Assembly (NCBI GenBank): GCA_964196225.1
Contig: CAXMSP010000016.1
Location: forward strand, 15,036-79,035
Source: an uncultured Gammaproteobacteria bacterium
GTDB taxonomy: Bacteria > Pseudomonadota > Gammaproteobacteria > GCA-001735895
Direction: 5' to 3'
Length of the DNA stretch: 64,000 nt
The translations under genes and the position numbers were made by a program. The notes under the pieces are model-generated. The model saw nothing but the letters and a program-made list of their open reading frames with translations, searched no databases and was not told the DNA's origin. This document shows, in pieces, positions 1-9,715 of this stretch (within the stretch, counting starts at the first letter, position 1; each line of letters begins with the position of its first letter).

Positions 1-1
1 G

Positions 2-865
2 GTCCAGGAAAATGGACGCTTCGCACTCGATTTGATGAGCCAGGACTTGCGCCTTGCCAATCAATGGGGATGTATCGCATTCAATCCGACCGACACCACT
101 AATGTCAACGACACGTTGAACGGCACACATCCTGGCTACGACGCCGACTTCCATGATTTTCTTAGCCCAACTGTTACTCTCCCGGGAGCAATTGCGGGTA
201 CCAACGATGCCGGGCTTAATGGTTCGGACACGTTGGTCGTTCGCGGCGGCAAGCCGGGCCAGACCAATGTTGAAGGTCCATTTACCGCGGCAACTACTCA
301 ATCTCTAAATGTCAATCCCATCGGCTCTATCGGTGCTGGCGACATTATACTGGTTGCGCGCTGCGGCGAGTATCTGCTGAACATTCCCGAAGCCGATATC
401 CTGTCAGTCAGCAGTGTTGACACTACCAACCCGGTGCAAACGGTAATTAATGTTGCCGCGAACAAGAGCCAGCAGTTCCAAAACGACGCCATGGTCATCG
501 AACTGCAAACCGTGACCTATACGATCGGCCTTGCCGCCAGCGGTAATGGTGAGCTCGCGCTGTTTCGCCAGGAGTTTAACGGCGTTGTCGAGGAACTGGT
601 CGAGGGCGTCCAGGACATGCAGGTCCTGTACGGCATAGACAGCGACAATGATCAATTTCCAAATCAGTACGTTACCTCTGATAACGTCCCCAATTTCAAC
701 GCCGTGGTTTCGCTCAGAATTATGTTGCTGATCCACTCAATCGATGATTTCGTGACCGAAGCGCCCCAGACTTACACTTTTAACGGCGTGTTAACCACTC
801 CGGCCGACCGTCGGCTGCGCCAGGTTTTTACGACCACTATCGCACTGCGTAATCGCATAGGTTAA
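2..865 (+). CDS. pilW: Type IV pilus minor pilin/assembly protein PilW, 5' end cut by the window edge
   Basis: The frame is open from base 2 (..VQENGRFALDLMSQDLRLANQ.., a PilW-type core), so the ORF-track start at 32 is internal. The gene lies directly upstream of pilX-pilY1-pilE, which is the canonical order. Confidence 0.75.
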   Translation, partial: VQENGRFALDLMSQDLRLANQWGCIAFNPTDTTNVNDTLNGTHPGYDADFHDFLSPTVTLPGAIAGTNDAGLNGSDTLVVRGGKPGQTNVEGPFTAATTQSLNVNPIGSIGAGDIILVARCGEYLLNIPEADILSVSSVDTTNPVQTVINVAANKSQQFQNDAMVIELQTVTYTIGLAASGNGELALFRQEFNGVVEELVEGVQDMQVLYGIDSDNDQFPNQYVTSDNVPNFNAVVSLRIMLLIHSIDDFVTEAPQTYTFNGVLTTPADRRLRQVFTTTIALRNRIG

Positions 866-867
866 TC

Positions 868-1410
868 ATGATGATTTCTAACAGACAAAAACAGCAAGGC
901 GTCGCACTGGTAGTCAGCTTGATCATACTGGTCAGTCTCACCATGCTCGGCCTGACTTCAATTCAGCGCACTACTACCGACCTGGCAATGGCCGGTAACC
1001 AGCGCGAAACCGGGCTGATGTTTCAGGCGGCCGAGGTTGGACTTTCGAGCGCCGAAACATTTATTGGCAATTCATCTACGAATTCGGATTTCAACAACGC
1101 TGGGCTCGGATTGATTACCGTTCCGGACAATAATCCGGCCTATAACGGCCCGAGTTATTTCAGACCCAACTGGGGCACTTCATCGCAACAGGCTTCAACT
1201 GCGCTAGATGCCTGGGAACAGCCGCGCTACATGATTGAATACCTGGGCGACCGCACACAGAACCCCCTGGCCGGAGTCAATATCGGCAGCTATGGCACGC
1301 AACAATCCGGTGACATCGTATCCATATATCGCTCTACCTCGCGTGGCGTAGGTCTGACCGTTAGTTCATTTAGATACGTTCAGTCGTATTTTGGCAAAGA
1401 CAAGCCATAA
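868..1410 (+). CDS. pilX: Type IV pilus minor pilin PilX
   Basis: The N-terminus QQGVALVVSLIILVSLTMLGLTS is a PilX_N-type hydrophobic helix. The gene sits between pilW and pilY1, with a 2-nt gap to pilW. Confidence 0.7.
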   Translation: MMISNRQKQQGVALVVSLIILVSLTMLGLTSIQRTTTDLAMAGNQRETGLMFQAAEVGLSSAETFIGNSSTNSDFNNAGLGLITVPDNNPAYNGPSYFRPNWGTSSQQASTALDAWEQPRYMIEYLGDRTQNPLAGVNIGSYGTQQSGDIVSIYRSTSRGVGLTVSSFRYVQSYFGKDKP

Positions 1411-1425
1411 CATTAATTTTTTAGG

Positions 1426-4400
1426 ATGAGAACTATGTTTACCAAAAAACTTTTAAAGGGACTTGCAACAATCGTGTCAACCACGATCTTCAGCATGTCA
1501 ACAATCCAGTCGGCCTATGCCGCACCCGGCAACCTGGCGACTGCACCCCTGTTCCTGTCCACCATCGTGGAACCCAACGTATTCTTAACCCTGGACGACT
1601 CGGGTAGCATGGACTGGGGCCCGATGGTCGCCGAAGGTACTGGCGACGATAGTGTTACCCTTACGGGCGGATTTACCACCTCGGGTGGCCTGCCCTGGGT
1701 CGGAGCCAGCGGGTGTACACCCGGATGCGATGAACGCCGCGGGCATTACACACCAGGCTTCGCCGGCACGCGCTCCGTGCTGCCACCGGCAGACGGAACC
1801 GATTCCGAGTGGGACAAAACCTGGATCGTGCGCAACAACATTGGTAACCGAAACTACTACAACCCCAGTATCAAATATGGCCCCTGGGTCGGAACCCAAT
1901 CGGATGGCGTCACACCGATGTATATCGACGCGGTTGAGACCGCGGCACTTAAAGATGCCGAAAACCCGGGCGGTCCCAGTGTCGACCTGACGGCCATGCA
2001 AACCTTCACTGATGACGGCCTAACGTCAACTACCATGTGGATTCCGACCTATTTCACCTGGACCGACGATGGGGATGGCGTGATCGAGCTAACCGATACC
2101 CATACCGAGGTGACCATTGCAGCCGGTAGCCCCGAAATGCAGAATTTCGCCAACTGGTTCCAGTACTACCGAAAGCGCATGGACGGTACCAAGCGAATAA
2201 TCGGTGGCGCGATCAATAACACCGACGCCTCGCGCATGGGTTTGCGATGGTTCAATGACGGTCATGCACTGGATGTTGAAACCATGAGTGACTCTACAAA
2301 AAAGCGTGACCTGCTGGAAAATCTTTATAAGCTTGATCCCGGTGGTGGTACCCCGGCGAGACGTGCGCTTAGAAATACCGGGTACTACTTCGACGATACT
2401 GGTGGCAGCGCGCCAATTTTATCGGCGTCCCTCGGCGGTGAATGTCAGCAGAATTTCAATATCCTGATGTCGGACGGTTTCTGGAACGGTAGTTCGCCCT
2501 CAGTAGGTAACCGCGACATCAATGGTGGTAACGGTAACACTATTTTTGACGGCAACGCGTCGCAATCGAACGATGGCGGTAACTACGCCGACGGTTTCAG
2601 CAGTACGCTCGCCGATGTCGCGATGAAAGACTACGAGCGCGACTTACGCACCGACCTGGCGAACAACGTGCCGACGCAAGCCGGCATCGACGAGGCCGAC
2701 CACCAGCACCTGGTAACTTATACGATTGCGTTTGGCCTCAGCGGAACACTTGATCCGCTCGTCGATGATCCGCTCGCGGTCGGCTTCGCCTGGCCTAAAC
2801 CGGTAGCAGACACGCCTACCACGATCGATGACATGTGGCATGCTGCCTATAATGCACGCGGCAAGTACCTGAGTGCCCAGGATCCTGGACAACTGCAGGC
2901 TTCGCTGAGTGCTGCACTTTCGAATATCGCCGAACGCACCGCAACTTCATCAGCGGTAGCATTCAGCTCGGCCAAGTTGACTACTGATACGACTGTTTAC
3001 CTGGCGGAGTTCAACACCAACCGCTGGCAGGGTGACTTGTTTGCCTTCAAAATCGACCCGGATACCGGTGATCTTGCCACAAGCGCGGAATGGTCCGCAG
3101 GTACTGAGCTTGTTACCCGTAACATTACCTCCAATCCCCGGGTAATCATGACTCATGATGGAACCACGGGTGTAGGGTTTCAATGGGCCAGCTTAAACAC
3201 TACACAAAAAGACGACCTCAAAACCAGCCCGACTGGGGTTATCGATCCCGATCCCCTTGAGGTGATTGGCAAGGCCCGCCTGGCATACCTGCGTGGCGAT
3301 CGTTCCGACGAAGGTAGCGGCAATTTTTTCCGTGAGCGCCTGTCGATACTTGGCGACCTGGTGAACTCGGGCCCGGTATACGTTGGCAAGCCCGCCCTGA
3401 ACTGGCCGGATACCCTGCCATTCCCGGACACCACCGGCCAGCTTTATTCGGAATTCAAGAATAATAGCTCGGCGGCCTCTCGTGACGGCATGGTCTATGC
3501 GGCGGCCAACGATGGCATGCTGCATGGTTTTGCCGAAGCCGACGGCGCTGAAACAATGGCCTATATCCCGAATATGATTTTCGCTACTGGACTTAGCCAG
3601 GGTATGCACTACCTCACCGATCAAGCCTACGGCCACAAGTACTATAACGATTTAACCCCGACCGTGTCGGACGTTTATGCAAACCTCGGGACTGGTACCA
3701 AATGGCAAACCATGCTGATAGGCGGTTTGCGCGGTGGTGGTCGCGGCATTTATGCACTTAATGTCACCGATCCGAATGCATTTTCTGAATCTAATGCCGC
3801 TGACCTCGTTCTGTGGGAATTCACGAGTAACGATGATGCCAATCTCGGCCATACTTATAGCCAACCACAAATCGCTATGGCGAACAATGGTCAATGGGTC
3901 GCAATATTTGGTAACGGTTACAACGATACCGGCGATGGTGAAGCCAAACTGTTCATCCTCGATATCGAAGCGGGTCTTGATGGTTGGGTTGCCGGTGATT
4001 ACAAGGTAATCACAACTAGTTCCGGCTCGGCGACCGATCGCAACGGCCTCGCCACTCCGCGGCTGGCTGATATCGATGGTAACGGCACCGTTGACCGTGT
4101 TTACGCCGGTGACCTGAAAGGCCAAATGTGGGCATTCGAAATGGACGATACCGACTCGACCTTTTGGGCCATCTCGGGATCAGCACCGCTGTTTAACACT
4201 GTAGGCGGTCTCCCCATCACTGCTAAACCCGTTCTTGCCAAGCATCCGACCGAACCGGATTCGGGCACCAATTATCCGAATATAATGGTGTTCTTCGGTT
4301 CAGGCCAATACCTGACTAATGCCGATAAATCCACCACGGATTTGAACTACTTCTATGGTGTGTGGGACCAGGGCAATAATAACCTTAACAATAGTGACCT

Positions 4401-4872
4401 GGTTCGTCAGAACTACGATAACACCTTTAATCCGTTTCGCGTATTGACTAATAACCCTGTCAATTACGCAGGTGGAGATGATGGTTGGTATTTTGATCTT
4501 CGCGATACCGGTGAACGCTCCGTGGTAGCACCAGCGGTTCGAGGTGCCCTGGTATTATTTAATACCTTCGTACCGGAATCTGATCCCTGCTCTAGCGGTG
4601 GATATGGATGGCGATTTGCGGTTGACCTGGCGACCGGCGGCTCTCCCCTGTCAGCGGCCAGCGACACCAACGGTGATGGCGTCATAGACTCAAATGATGC
4701 CGTCAATAATGGTACAGACGATGGCATCATCGCCGCGACAAGTGAACAGGGCTTTTTGTCCGAGGACGCATTTATCGGTAAATATGCATATGCATCGGAT
4801 AAGAAAAAGGACGTTCCACCATTTCCGGGAATCCCAACAGGCCGCTTCGGGTGGCAGGAGTTAATCCAATGA
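1426..4872 (+). CDS. pilY1: Type IV pilus tip adhesin/biogenesis factor PilY1 (vWA plus beta-propeller)
   Basis: 1148 aa with a signal peptide (..QSAYA/AP). It has an N-terminal MIDAS-like LTLDDSGSMDW motif. It also has the C-terminal PilY1 Ca-binding loop DIDGNGTVDRVYAGDLKGQMW and a second DTNGDGVIDSND loop. An alternative ATG at 1435 has better spacing to the AGGA. Confidence 0.85.
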   Translation: MRTMFTKKLLKGLATIVSTTIFSMSTIQSAYAAPGNLATAPLFLSTIVEPNVFLTLDDSGSMDWGPMVAEGTGDDSVTLTGGFTTSGGLPWVGASGCTPGCDERRGHYTPGFAGTRSVLPPADGTDSEWDKTWIVRNNIGNRNYYNPSIKYGPWVGTQSDGVTPMYIDAVETAALKDAENPGGPSVDLTAMQTFTDDGLTSTTMWIPTYFTWTDDGDGVIELTDTHTEVTIAAGSPEMQNFANWFQYYRKRMDGTKRIIGGAINNTDASRMGLRWFNDGHALDVETMSDSTKKRDLLENLYKLDPGGGTPARRALRNTGYYFDDTGGSAPILSASLGGECQQNFNILMSDGFWNGSSPSVGNRDINGGNGNTIFDGNASQSNDGGNYADGFSSTLADVAMKDYERDLRTDLANNVPTQAGIDEADHQHLVTYTIAFGLSGTLDPLVDDPLAVGFAWPKPVADTPTTIDDMWHAAYNARGKYLSAQDPGQLQASLSAALSNIAERTATSSAVAFSSAKLTTDTTVYLAEFNTNRWQGDLFAFKIDPDTGDLATSAEWSAGTELVTRNITSNPRVIMTHDGTTGVGFQWASLNTTQKDDLKTSPTGVIDPDPLEVIGKARLAYLRGDRSDEGSGNFFRERLSILGDLVNSGPVYVGKPALNWPDTLPFPDTTGQLYSEFKNNSSAASRDGMVYAAANDGMLHGFAEADGAETMAYIPNMIFATGLSQGMHYLTDQAYGHKYYNDLTPTVSDVYANLGTGTKWQTMLIGGLRGGGRGIYALNVTDPNAFSESNAADLVLWEFTSNDDANLGHTYSQPQIAMANNGQWVAIFGNGYNDTGDGEAKLFILDIEAGLDGWVAGDYKVITTSSGSATDRNGLATPRLADIDGNGTVDRVYAGDLKGQMWAFEMDDTDSTFWAISGSAPLFNTVGGLPITAKPVLAKHPTEPDSGTNYPNIMVFFGSGQYLTNADKSTTDLNYFYGVWDQGNNNLNNSDLVRQNYDNTFNPFRVLTNNPVNYAGGDDGWYFDLRDTGERSVVAPAVRGALVLFNTFVPESDPCSSGGYGWRFAVDLATGGSPLSAASDTNGDGVIDSNDAVNNGTDDGIIAATSEQGFLSEDAFIGKYAYASDKKKDVPPFPGIPTGRFGWQELIQ

Positions 4873-5177
4873 AACAGTTCAAATCTATTCTGACACAGTT
4901 GCTGCTAGTGACGACTCTGATGCTTCCGTGGGCAACCACGGAAGCCCTGGAAACCTTCAAAAAATCGGGGGTTATTTCCGAGCTGGGTTACGATGCGTTT
5001 ACCATATCCGGAAAGAAGTACCGCATCAGTTCCGATGCAAAACTGAAAAGCACCGACCTGTCACGTCAAAAGTTCGCGGATTTCAAAAAAGGCGATGAGA
5101 TTTTAGTTGGCGGGACAATATTGGACGGTGTTCATTACGTCGACATCATCGTTTACGTTTCTCCCGATCCATCTTAG
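4869..5177 (+). CDS. Small secreted protein at the PilY2 position (function unknown)
   Basis: MKQFKSILTQLLLVTTLMLPWATTEA looks like a signal peptide. The ATG overlaps the pilY1 stop (ATGA). It occupies the slot between pilY1 and pilE where pilY2 sits in Pseudomonas. I cannot verify any sequence similarity. Confidence 0.4.
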   Translation: MKQFKSILTQLLLVTTLMLPWATTEALETFKKSGVISELGYDAFTISGKKYRISSDAKLKSTDLSRQKFADFKKGDEILVGGTILDGVHYVDIIVYVSPDPS

Positions 5178-5193
5178 CTGGCGATATTTTACT

Positions 5194-5592
5194 ATGAATA
5201 AATCTAAAGGTTTCACCCTCATCGAGTTGATGATCGTCGTGGCGTTGGTTGGCATTCTCTCCGCCGTCGCCTTCAACATGTACGCTGACAACGTGATCGC
5301 ATCGAACCGCTCCGAGGGTCGTGCCGGGTTAACCGCAACCGCGGCCTCGCTGGAGAAATGCAAGAGTCTGTATGGAGTTTACGACAACCTCATCAATTGC
5401 CCCGTGCTCGCGACAATTGTAACCGAGTCGAACCTTTACTCGATAGACACGACGGGAAGAACGCCAACCACATTTACGCTGGTGGCAACCGCGCTTGGTT
5501 CCCAGCTGAGAGATGGCGACTGCACCACCTTGTCGCTAACCAATACCGGAATAAAAACCGCGACGGGCGTCGACCCCACTGTTTGCTGGTAA
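5194..5592 (+). CDS. pilE: Type IV minor pilin PilE
   Basis: MNKSKG/FTLIELMIVVALVGILSAVAF is a class III prepilin signal with Glu5. The protein is 132 aa with a C-terminal Cys pair (DGDCTT...PTVCW). I chose the ATG at 5194 rather than the ORF-track start at 5107. Confidence 0.85.
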   Translation: MNKSKGFTLIELMIVVALVGILSAVAFNMYADNVIASNRSEGRAGLTATAASLEKCKSLYGVYDNLINCPVLATIVTESNLYSIDTTGRTPTTFTLVATALGSQLRDGDCTTLSLTNTGIKTATGVDPTVCW

Positions 5593-5610
5593 GCACAAAG
5601 TAGTCTGATT

Positions 5611-5650
5611 AACCAACGGAGTCGACTTATCGACTCCGTTGGTTATTGTT
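5611..5650 (+). terminator. Rho-independent terminator after pilE
   Basis: Near-perfect hairpin AACCAACGGAGTCGA-CTTA-TCGACTCCGTTGGTT, followed by ATTGTT. Confidence 0.7.
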
Positions 5651-5682
5651 ATACTCCCCGTTTTAAAACCTGACCCAACCGC

Positions 5683-6726
5683 ATGACCAGAAAAGCAGTC
5701 GCGCTGATCTCTGGCGGCCTCGATTCATTGCTGGCCGCCAAATTGATTCAGCAACAGGGCATCGAGGTCGAAGGCATCAATTTCTTTACCGGCTTTTGCG
5801 TAGAAGGGCATACTCATGCCATCCGCAAACACGACCGCAACAAGGTTAAACGCAACAACGCGCTCTGGGTTGCAGAGCAACTCGGCATCAAGCTGCACAT
5901 TATCGATATTGTTGATGAGTACAAGGACGTCGTGATCAACCCAAAGCATGGCTATGGCGCTAATTTGAACCCCTGCCTCGATTGCAAGATATTCATGGTG
6001 CACAAGGCGCGGGAATGGATAAAGCAGCATGATTTCGATTTCATAATCACCGGTGAAGTGATCGGGCAACGCCCGAAATCACAGCGTAAAAAGTTAATGC
6101 CGGTAGTCGCCGAGGAATCGGGCGCCGATGACTTGCTACTGCGCCCGCTATGCGCCAGGAGCCTGCCGGCAACACGGCCCGAAACCGAGGGCTGGGTCGA
6201 TCGTGAACAACTGAAAGACTTCAGCGGACGTTCACGCAAACCGCAGATGGCACTCGCAGCAGAGTTTGGATTCGAAGATTATGCCCAGCCTGCCGGGGGT
6301 TGCTGCTTCCTGACGGACCAGAGTTACTCGGTCAAACTGCAGGATCTCTGGGACAACCGCGGCAGTCGGGATTACGAACTCGACGACATCATGCTGCTCA
6401 AGGTCGGGCGCCACATTCGTCCCAGCAAGGCGTTTAAACTGATTATCGGGCGTGAAGAAGGCGAGAATCAGTACCTGAGCGGTTATAAGCGACAATTTCA
6501 GACAATCAGTACCGTGAGCCATGCGGGTCCGCTGGCACTGATTGAAGGCGAACCACTCGACTCGCAGCAGCTCGAACTCGCCTGCGCGATCACCGCGCGC
6601 TACAGCAAGGGGCGCGATGCCGACTCGGTCGAGTTGCGCTTCAGTGACCGCGAACAGGGGTCGCGCAGTATTCATGTCAAACCACTGCCCGCGGCACAGA
6701 TCAACCCGGACTGGGTCATTGTATGA
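5683..6726 (+). CDS. PP-loop ATP pyrophosphatase, ThiI/MnmA-like (putative thiolation enzyme lacking a THUMP domain)
   Basis: It has the SGGLDS PP-loop at residues 10-15. NPCLDCKIFM...ITGEVIGQRPKSQ resembles the ThiI catalytic core. Its stop overlaps the start of a TusA-like gene. Confidence 0.6.
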   Translation: MTRKAVALISGGLDSLLAAKLIQQQGIEVEGINFFTGFCVEGHTHAIRKHDRNKVKRNNALWVAEQLGIKLHIIDIVDEYKDVVINPKHGYGANLNPCLDCKIFMVHKAREWIKQHDFDFIITGEVIGQRPKSQRKKLMPVVAEESGADDLLLRPLCARSLPATRPETEGWVDREQLKDFSGRSRKPQMALAAEFGFEDYAQPAGGCCFLTDQSYSVKLQDLWDNRGSRDYELDDIMLLKVGRHIRPSKAFKLIIGREEGENQYLSGYKRQFQTISTVSHAGPLALIEGEPLDSQQLELACAITARYSKGRDADSVELRFSDREQGSRSIHVKPLPAAQINPDWVIV

Positions 6727-6962
6727 GCCCTATTATCGAACTCGACGCACGGCGTCTGCTCTGCCCGATGCCCGTGATTCGACTGCAGGATTGTGTCGAG
6801 AAACAGGATAGCGGCGTCAAAGTCAGGATAACCTGCACCGATCCGGGTACCATGAGTGATATTCCAACCTGGTGTCGAATCAACGGACACCGGGTGCTTG
6901 CGACCGAACAACTGGAACACGAATACATCTTCCTGGTGCAAAAAGACCCAGATGGAAATTGA
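6723..6962 (+). CDS. TusA-family sulfur carrier protein
   Basis: 79 aa, with the LDARRLLCPMPVIRL motif (the CPxP active-site cysteine of the TusA/SirA family). ATGA overlap with the upstream PP-loop gene. Confidence 0.75.
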   Translation: MSPIIELDARRLLCPMPVIRLQDCVEKQDSGVKVRITCTDPGTMSDIPTWCRINGHRVLATEQLEHEYIFLVQKDPDGN

Positions 6963-8085
6963 ACAGCGCCACAAGATCACGCAGCGGGTAACACTGACCG
7001 GGGCCGCGGTTAACTGTGCCCTCGCTTCGTTGCAGATTTTTTTCGGCGTGTTTGGTAAGTCGCAGGCGTTGCTGGCCGACGGTTTCCATACCCTTTCAGA
7101 CCTCAGCACCGACTTTATCGTTCTATACGCATCCAGACGCGCCGCCAAGGCAGCGGACGAGGATCATCCCTATGGACATGGTCGGATCGAAACCCTGGCA
7201 TCGATGCTGCTGGGAGGCATCCTGATCACGGTCGGGGTCGGCATCGGCCTGCGCGGTGTCGACAGTATTCTTAATCCGCTGCGGATCAATCCCGATGCGA
7301 TAACCATTGTTTTCGCCCTGCTTGCCGTCGCCGCGAAAGAGAGCCTCTACCATTACACCCTGCGCGCGGCGCGCAAAACGCATTCGAGCCTGCTAGAGTC
7401 CAACGCCTGGCATCACCGCTCGGATGCGCTTTCCTCGATTGTCGTGGTGATTGGTATATCAGCACAGTTGCTGGGAGTTCCATACATGGATGCGCTGGCC
7501 TCGATCGTGGTCGCCGTGATGATATCGCTGATGGGATTCCGCCTCGGTCAAAAAGCGCTGTATGAACTGATCGATACCGGGCTCGACATCGACCTGGTTC
7601 GAGATGTACGCCAGGCGATGCTGGGCAACGCGAGCGTTGTCGGTATCCATAACCTGCGCACCCGGTCGATGGGTGGCCTGGGCTACATTGACGCCCATAT
7701 CGAGGTCGATCCCGACCTGACTGTTTCCGAGGCGCACTTTATCGCACATAACATAGAACACCTGGTGAAAAAGCAATTTCCGAAGATAATCGACGTGCAA
7801 ATTCACATCGACCCCCTCGATGATGCGGTCAAGGAGTCGGTACTGGCGAAGCTACCCGAACGAGAGGTGATCGAGCAGGATCTGCAACAGGCATGGAACG
7901 GCCTGTCTGGAAGCACGCAAATCATCCAGACCAAGCTGCATTACCTGGATCGACTGATTGAAGTCGACCTGGTGCTACCCGCATCGATGTGTACGCCGGA
8001 GCACGCAGATGGGATCGGCAGGCTGCAGGATGCGGCAAATAACCTCGACTATATTGGGAAAGTTAATATCTACTACGTCGCCTAG
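6952..8085 (+). CDS. Cation diffusion facilitator (CDF) family metal efflux transporter
   Basis: It carries SQALLADGFHTLSDL, DEDHPYGHGRIE and HHRSDALSS, the TM2/TM5 metal-site motifs of FieF-like CDFs. I chose the ATG at 6952 (MEIEQRH..), which overlaps the tusA-like gene by 11 nt. There is an extra C-terminal region of about 80 aa. Confidence 0.8.
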   Translation: MEIEQRHKITQRVTLTGAAVNCALASLQIFFGVFGKSQALLADGFHTLSDLSTDFIVLYASRRAAKAADEDHPYGHGRIETLASMLLGGILITVGVGIGLRGVDSILNPLRINPDAITIVFALLAVAAKESLYHYTLRAARKTHSSLLESNAWHHRSDALSSIVVVIGISAQLLGVPYMDALASIVVAVMISLMGFRLGQKALYELIDTGLDIDLVRDVRQAMLGNASVVGIHNLRTRSMGGLGYIDAHIEVDPDLTVSEAHFIAHNIEHLVKKQFPKIIDVQIHIDPLDDAVKESVLAKLPEREVIEQDLQQAWNGLSGSTQIIQTKLHYLDRLIEVDLVLPASMCTPEHADGIGRLQDAANNLDYIGKVNIYYVA

Positions 8086-8087
8086 TT

Positions 8088-8155
8088 TGCACTAATTTGG
8101 TGCAGTTTCTTTGAAATCCCCATATAATCCGCCAATTTTGCACGATAAATTGGCA
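8088..8155 (+). promoter_or_regulatory. glnA control region with two NtrC-type dyads flanking a TATAAT
   Basis: TGCACTAATTTGGTGCA (8088-8104) matches the TGCACC-N5-GGTGCA NtrC dyad. A second, imperfect copy, TGCACGATAAATTGGCA, lies at 8139-8155. TATAAT lies at 8123-8128. Confidence 0.45.
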
Positions 8156-8216
8156 TCGGGATATTAATCGGTACAATCCCACCTGTTTTTGACCCCCGAT
8201 TTTGGAGATTTAAGTC

Positions 8217-9626
8217 ATGTCTGCGTCTGATGTGTTGAACAAGATTAACGAGTACGGCGTGAAATTCGTCGATTTCCGCTTTACCGATACCAAGGGCAAG
8301 GAGCAGCATGTCTCGTTCCCGGCCAGTACCCTCAAAGAAGATACCTTTACCGAGGGTAAAATGTTTGACGGCTCCTCAGTCGCCGGCTGGAAAGGCATTA
8401 ACGAATCGGACATGATCCTGATGCCCGACCCAGCCACCGCGGTGCTCGATCCATTCACCGACGAACCCACGATTAACATCACCTGTAACGTGGTCGAACC
8501 GACCACCGGTGAAGGCTATGAGCGTGATCCGCGTTCCATCGCCGAGCGCGCCGAGGCTTACCTGAAGGCATCCGGAATCGCCGATACCGCGTATTTCGGT
8601 CCGGAAAACGAATTTTTCGTTTTTGACGACGTCAAGTGGTCGACCGAAATGGGGCATTGCTCCTACCAGATCGAGTCCGAAGAAGCGGCCTGGAGTTCGA
8701 TCAAAATGTACGAAGACGGCAACATCGGTCACCGACCCGGCGTTAAGGGTGGGTATTTCCCGGTCCCTCCGGTTGATTCTTTGCATGACATCCGCTCTGC
8801 GATGTGCCTGGCGATGGAAGAAATGAACCTCAAGGTCGAAGTCCACCACCACGAGGTGGCAACCGCGGGACAGTGTGAAATCGGGGTTGAATTCAATACC
8901 CTGGTGCGCAAGGCCGACGAGGTCCAGGTCTTGAAGTACTGCGTTCATAACGTTGCGCACAGCTATGGCAAAACCGCAACCTTCATGCCGAAGCCACTGG
9001 TGGGTGACAACGGTAACGGCATGCACGTGCACATGTCCCTCTTCAAAGACGGGGTCAACCTGTTTTCCGGCGAAGGCTACGGTGGCCTGTCGGACACCGC
9101 GCTGTTCTATATCGGCGGGGTGATCAAGCACGCGCGTGCCATCAATGCCTTTGCAAACGGCGCTACCAATAGCTACAAACGCCTGGTGCCAGGTTTCGAA
9201 GCCCCCGTCATGCTCGCCTACTCGGCGCGCAACCGTTCCGCTTCGATTCGTATCCCTTACGTCAGTAACCCGAAAGGTCGCCGCATCGAAGTGCGCTTTC
9301 CGGATTCGACCGCCAATCCTTATCTCGCGTTTGCCGCGCTGATGATGGCCGGCCTCGATGGCATCAACAACCAAATTCACCCTGGCGAAGCAATGGACAA
9401 GGATCTCTACGATTTACCGCCTGAAGAAGAGGCCGAAATACCGCAGGTTGCGTTTTCTCTCGACCAGGCTCTCGAAGCGCTCGACCAGGATCGTGAATTT
9501 TTGAAAGCTGGTGGCGTGTTCACCGATGATGTTATCGACGGTTATATCGATCTCAAAAACGAGGAAGTTGACCGCCTGCGCCTGGCGACCAACCCGGTCG
9601 AGTTCGACCTTTACTACAGCTGCTAG
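8217..9626 (+). CDS. glnA: Glutamine synthetase type I
   Basis: 469 aa, recognisable as GSI over its full length ([40 protein letters not shown], the adenylylation-loop region, and the ending VEFDLYYSC). Confidence 0.97.
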   Translation: MSASDVLNKINEYGVKFVDFRFTDTKGKEQHVSFPASTLKEDTFTEGKMFDGSSVAGWKGINESDMILMPDPATAVLDPFTDEPTINITCNVVEPTTGEGYERDPRSIAERAEAYLKASGIADTAYFGPENEFFVFDDVKWSTEMGHCSYQIESEEAAWSSIKMYEDGNIGHRPGVKGGYFPVPPVDSLHDIRSAMCLAMEEMNLKVEVHHHEVATAGQCEIGVEFNTLVRKADEVQVLKYCVHNVAHSYGKTATFMPKPLVGDNGNGMHVHMSLFKDGVNLFSGEGYGGLSDTALFYIGGVIKHARAINAFANGATNSYKRLVPGFEAPVMLAYSARNRSASIRIPYVSNPKGRRIEVRFPDSTANPYLAFAALMMAGLDGINNQIHPGEAMDKDLYDLPPEEEAEIPQVAFSLDQALEALDQDREFLKAGGVFTDDVIDGYIDLKNEEVDRLRLATNPVEFDLYYSC

Positions 9627-9647
9627 GCAATCGCTTGCACGATCGAC

Positions 9648-9674
9648 AAAAGGCCCCTCACGGGGCCTTTTTTG
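9648..9674 (+). terminator. Rho-independent terminator after glnA
   Basis: AAAAGGCCCC-TCAC-GGGGCCTTTTTTG. Confidence 0.8.
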
Positions 9675-9715
9675 TCTGCAACAGCGCAACCATGACTCGA
9701 ACCAACATAGTTTAA

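Noticed and set aside
5107-5193. Extended N-terminus for pilE (the ORF-track start at 5107)
   Set aside because: It would place 29 residues before the class III leader and overlap the preceding ORF. Prepilin leaders are short, and the ATG at 5194 gives MNKSKG/FTLIE.
8150-8167. Possible sigma54 promoter TTGGCATCGGGATATTAA upstream of glnA
   Set aside because: The -24 GG is present, but the position 10 nt downstream is TT rather than the essentially invariant GC. It is reported as a degenerate element in the findings, not as a feature.
8376-9380. 334-aa ORF antisense to glnA
   Set aside because: It lies entirely within the strongly conserved glnA frame on the opposite strand. It has no RBS or recognisable motifs. 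It is a typical shadow ORF of a codon-biased gene.
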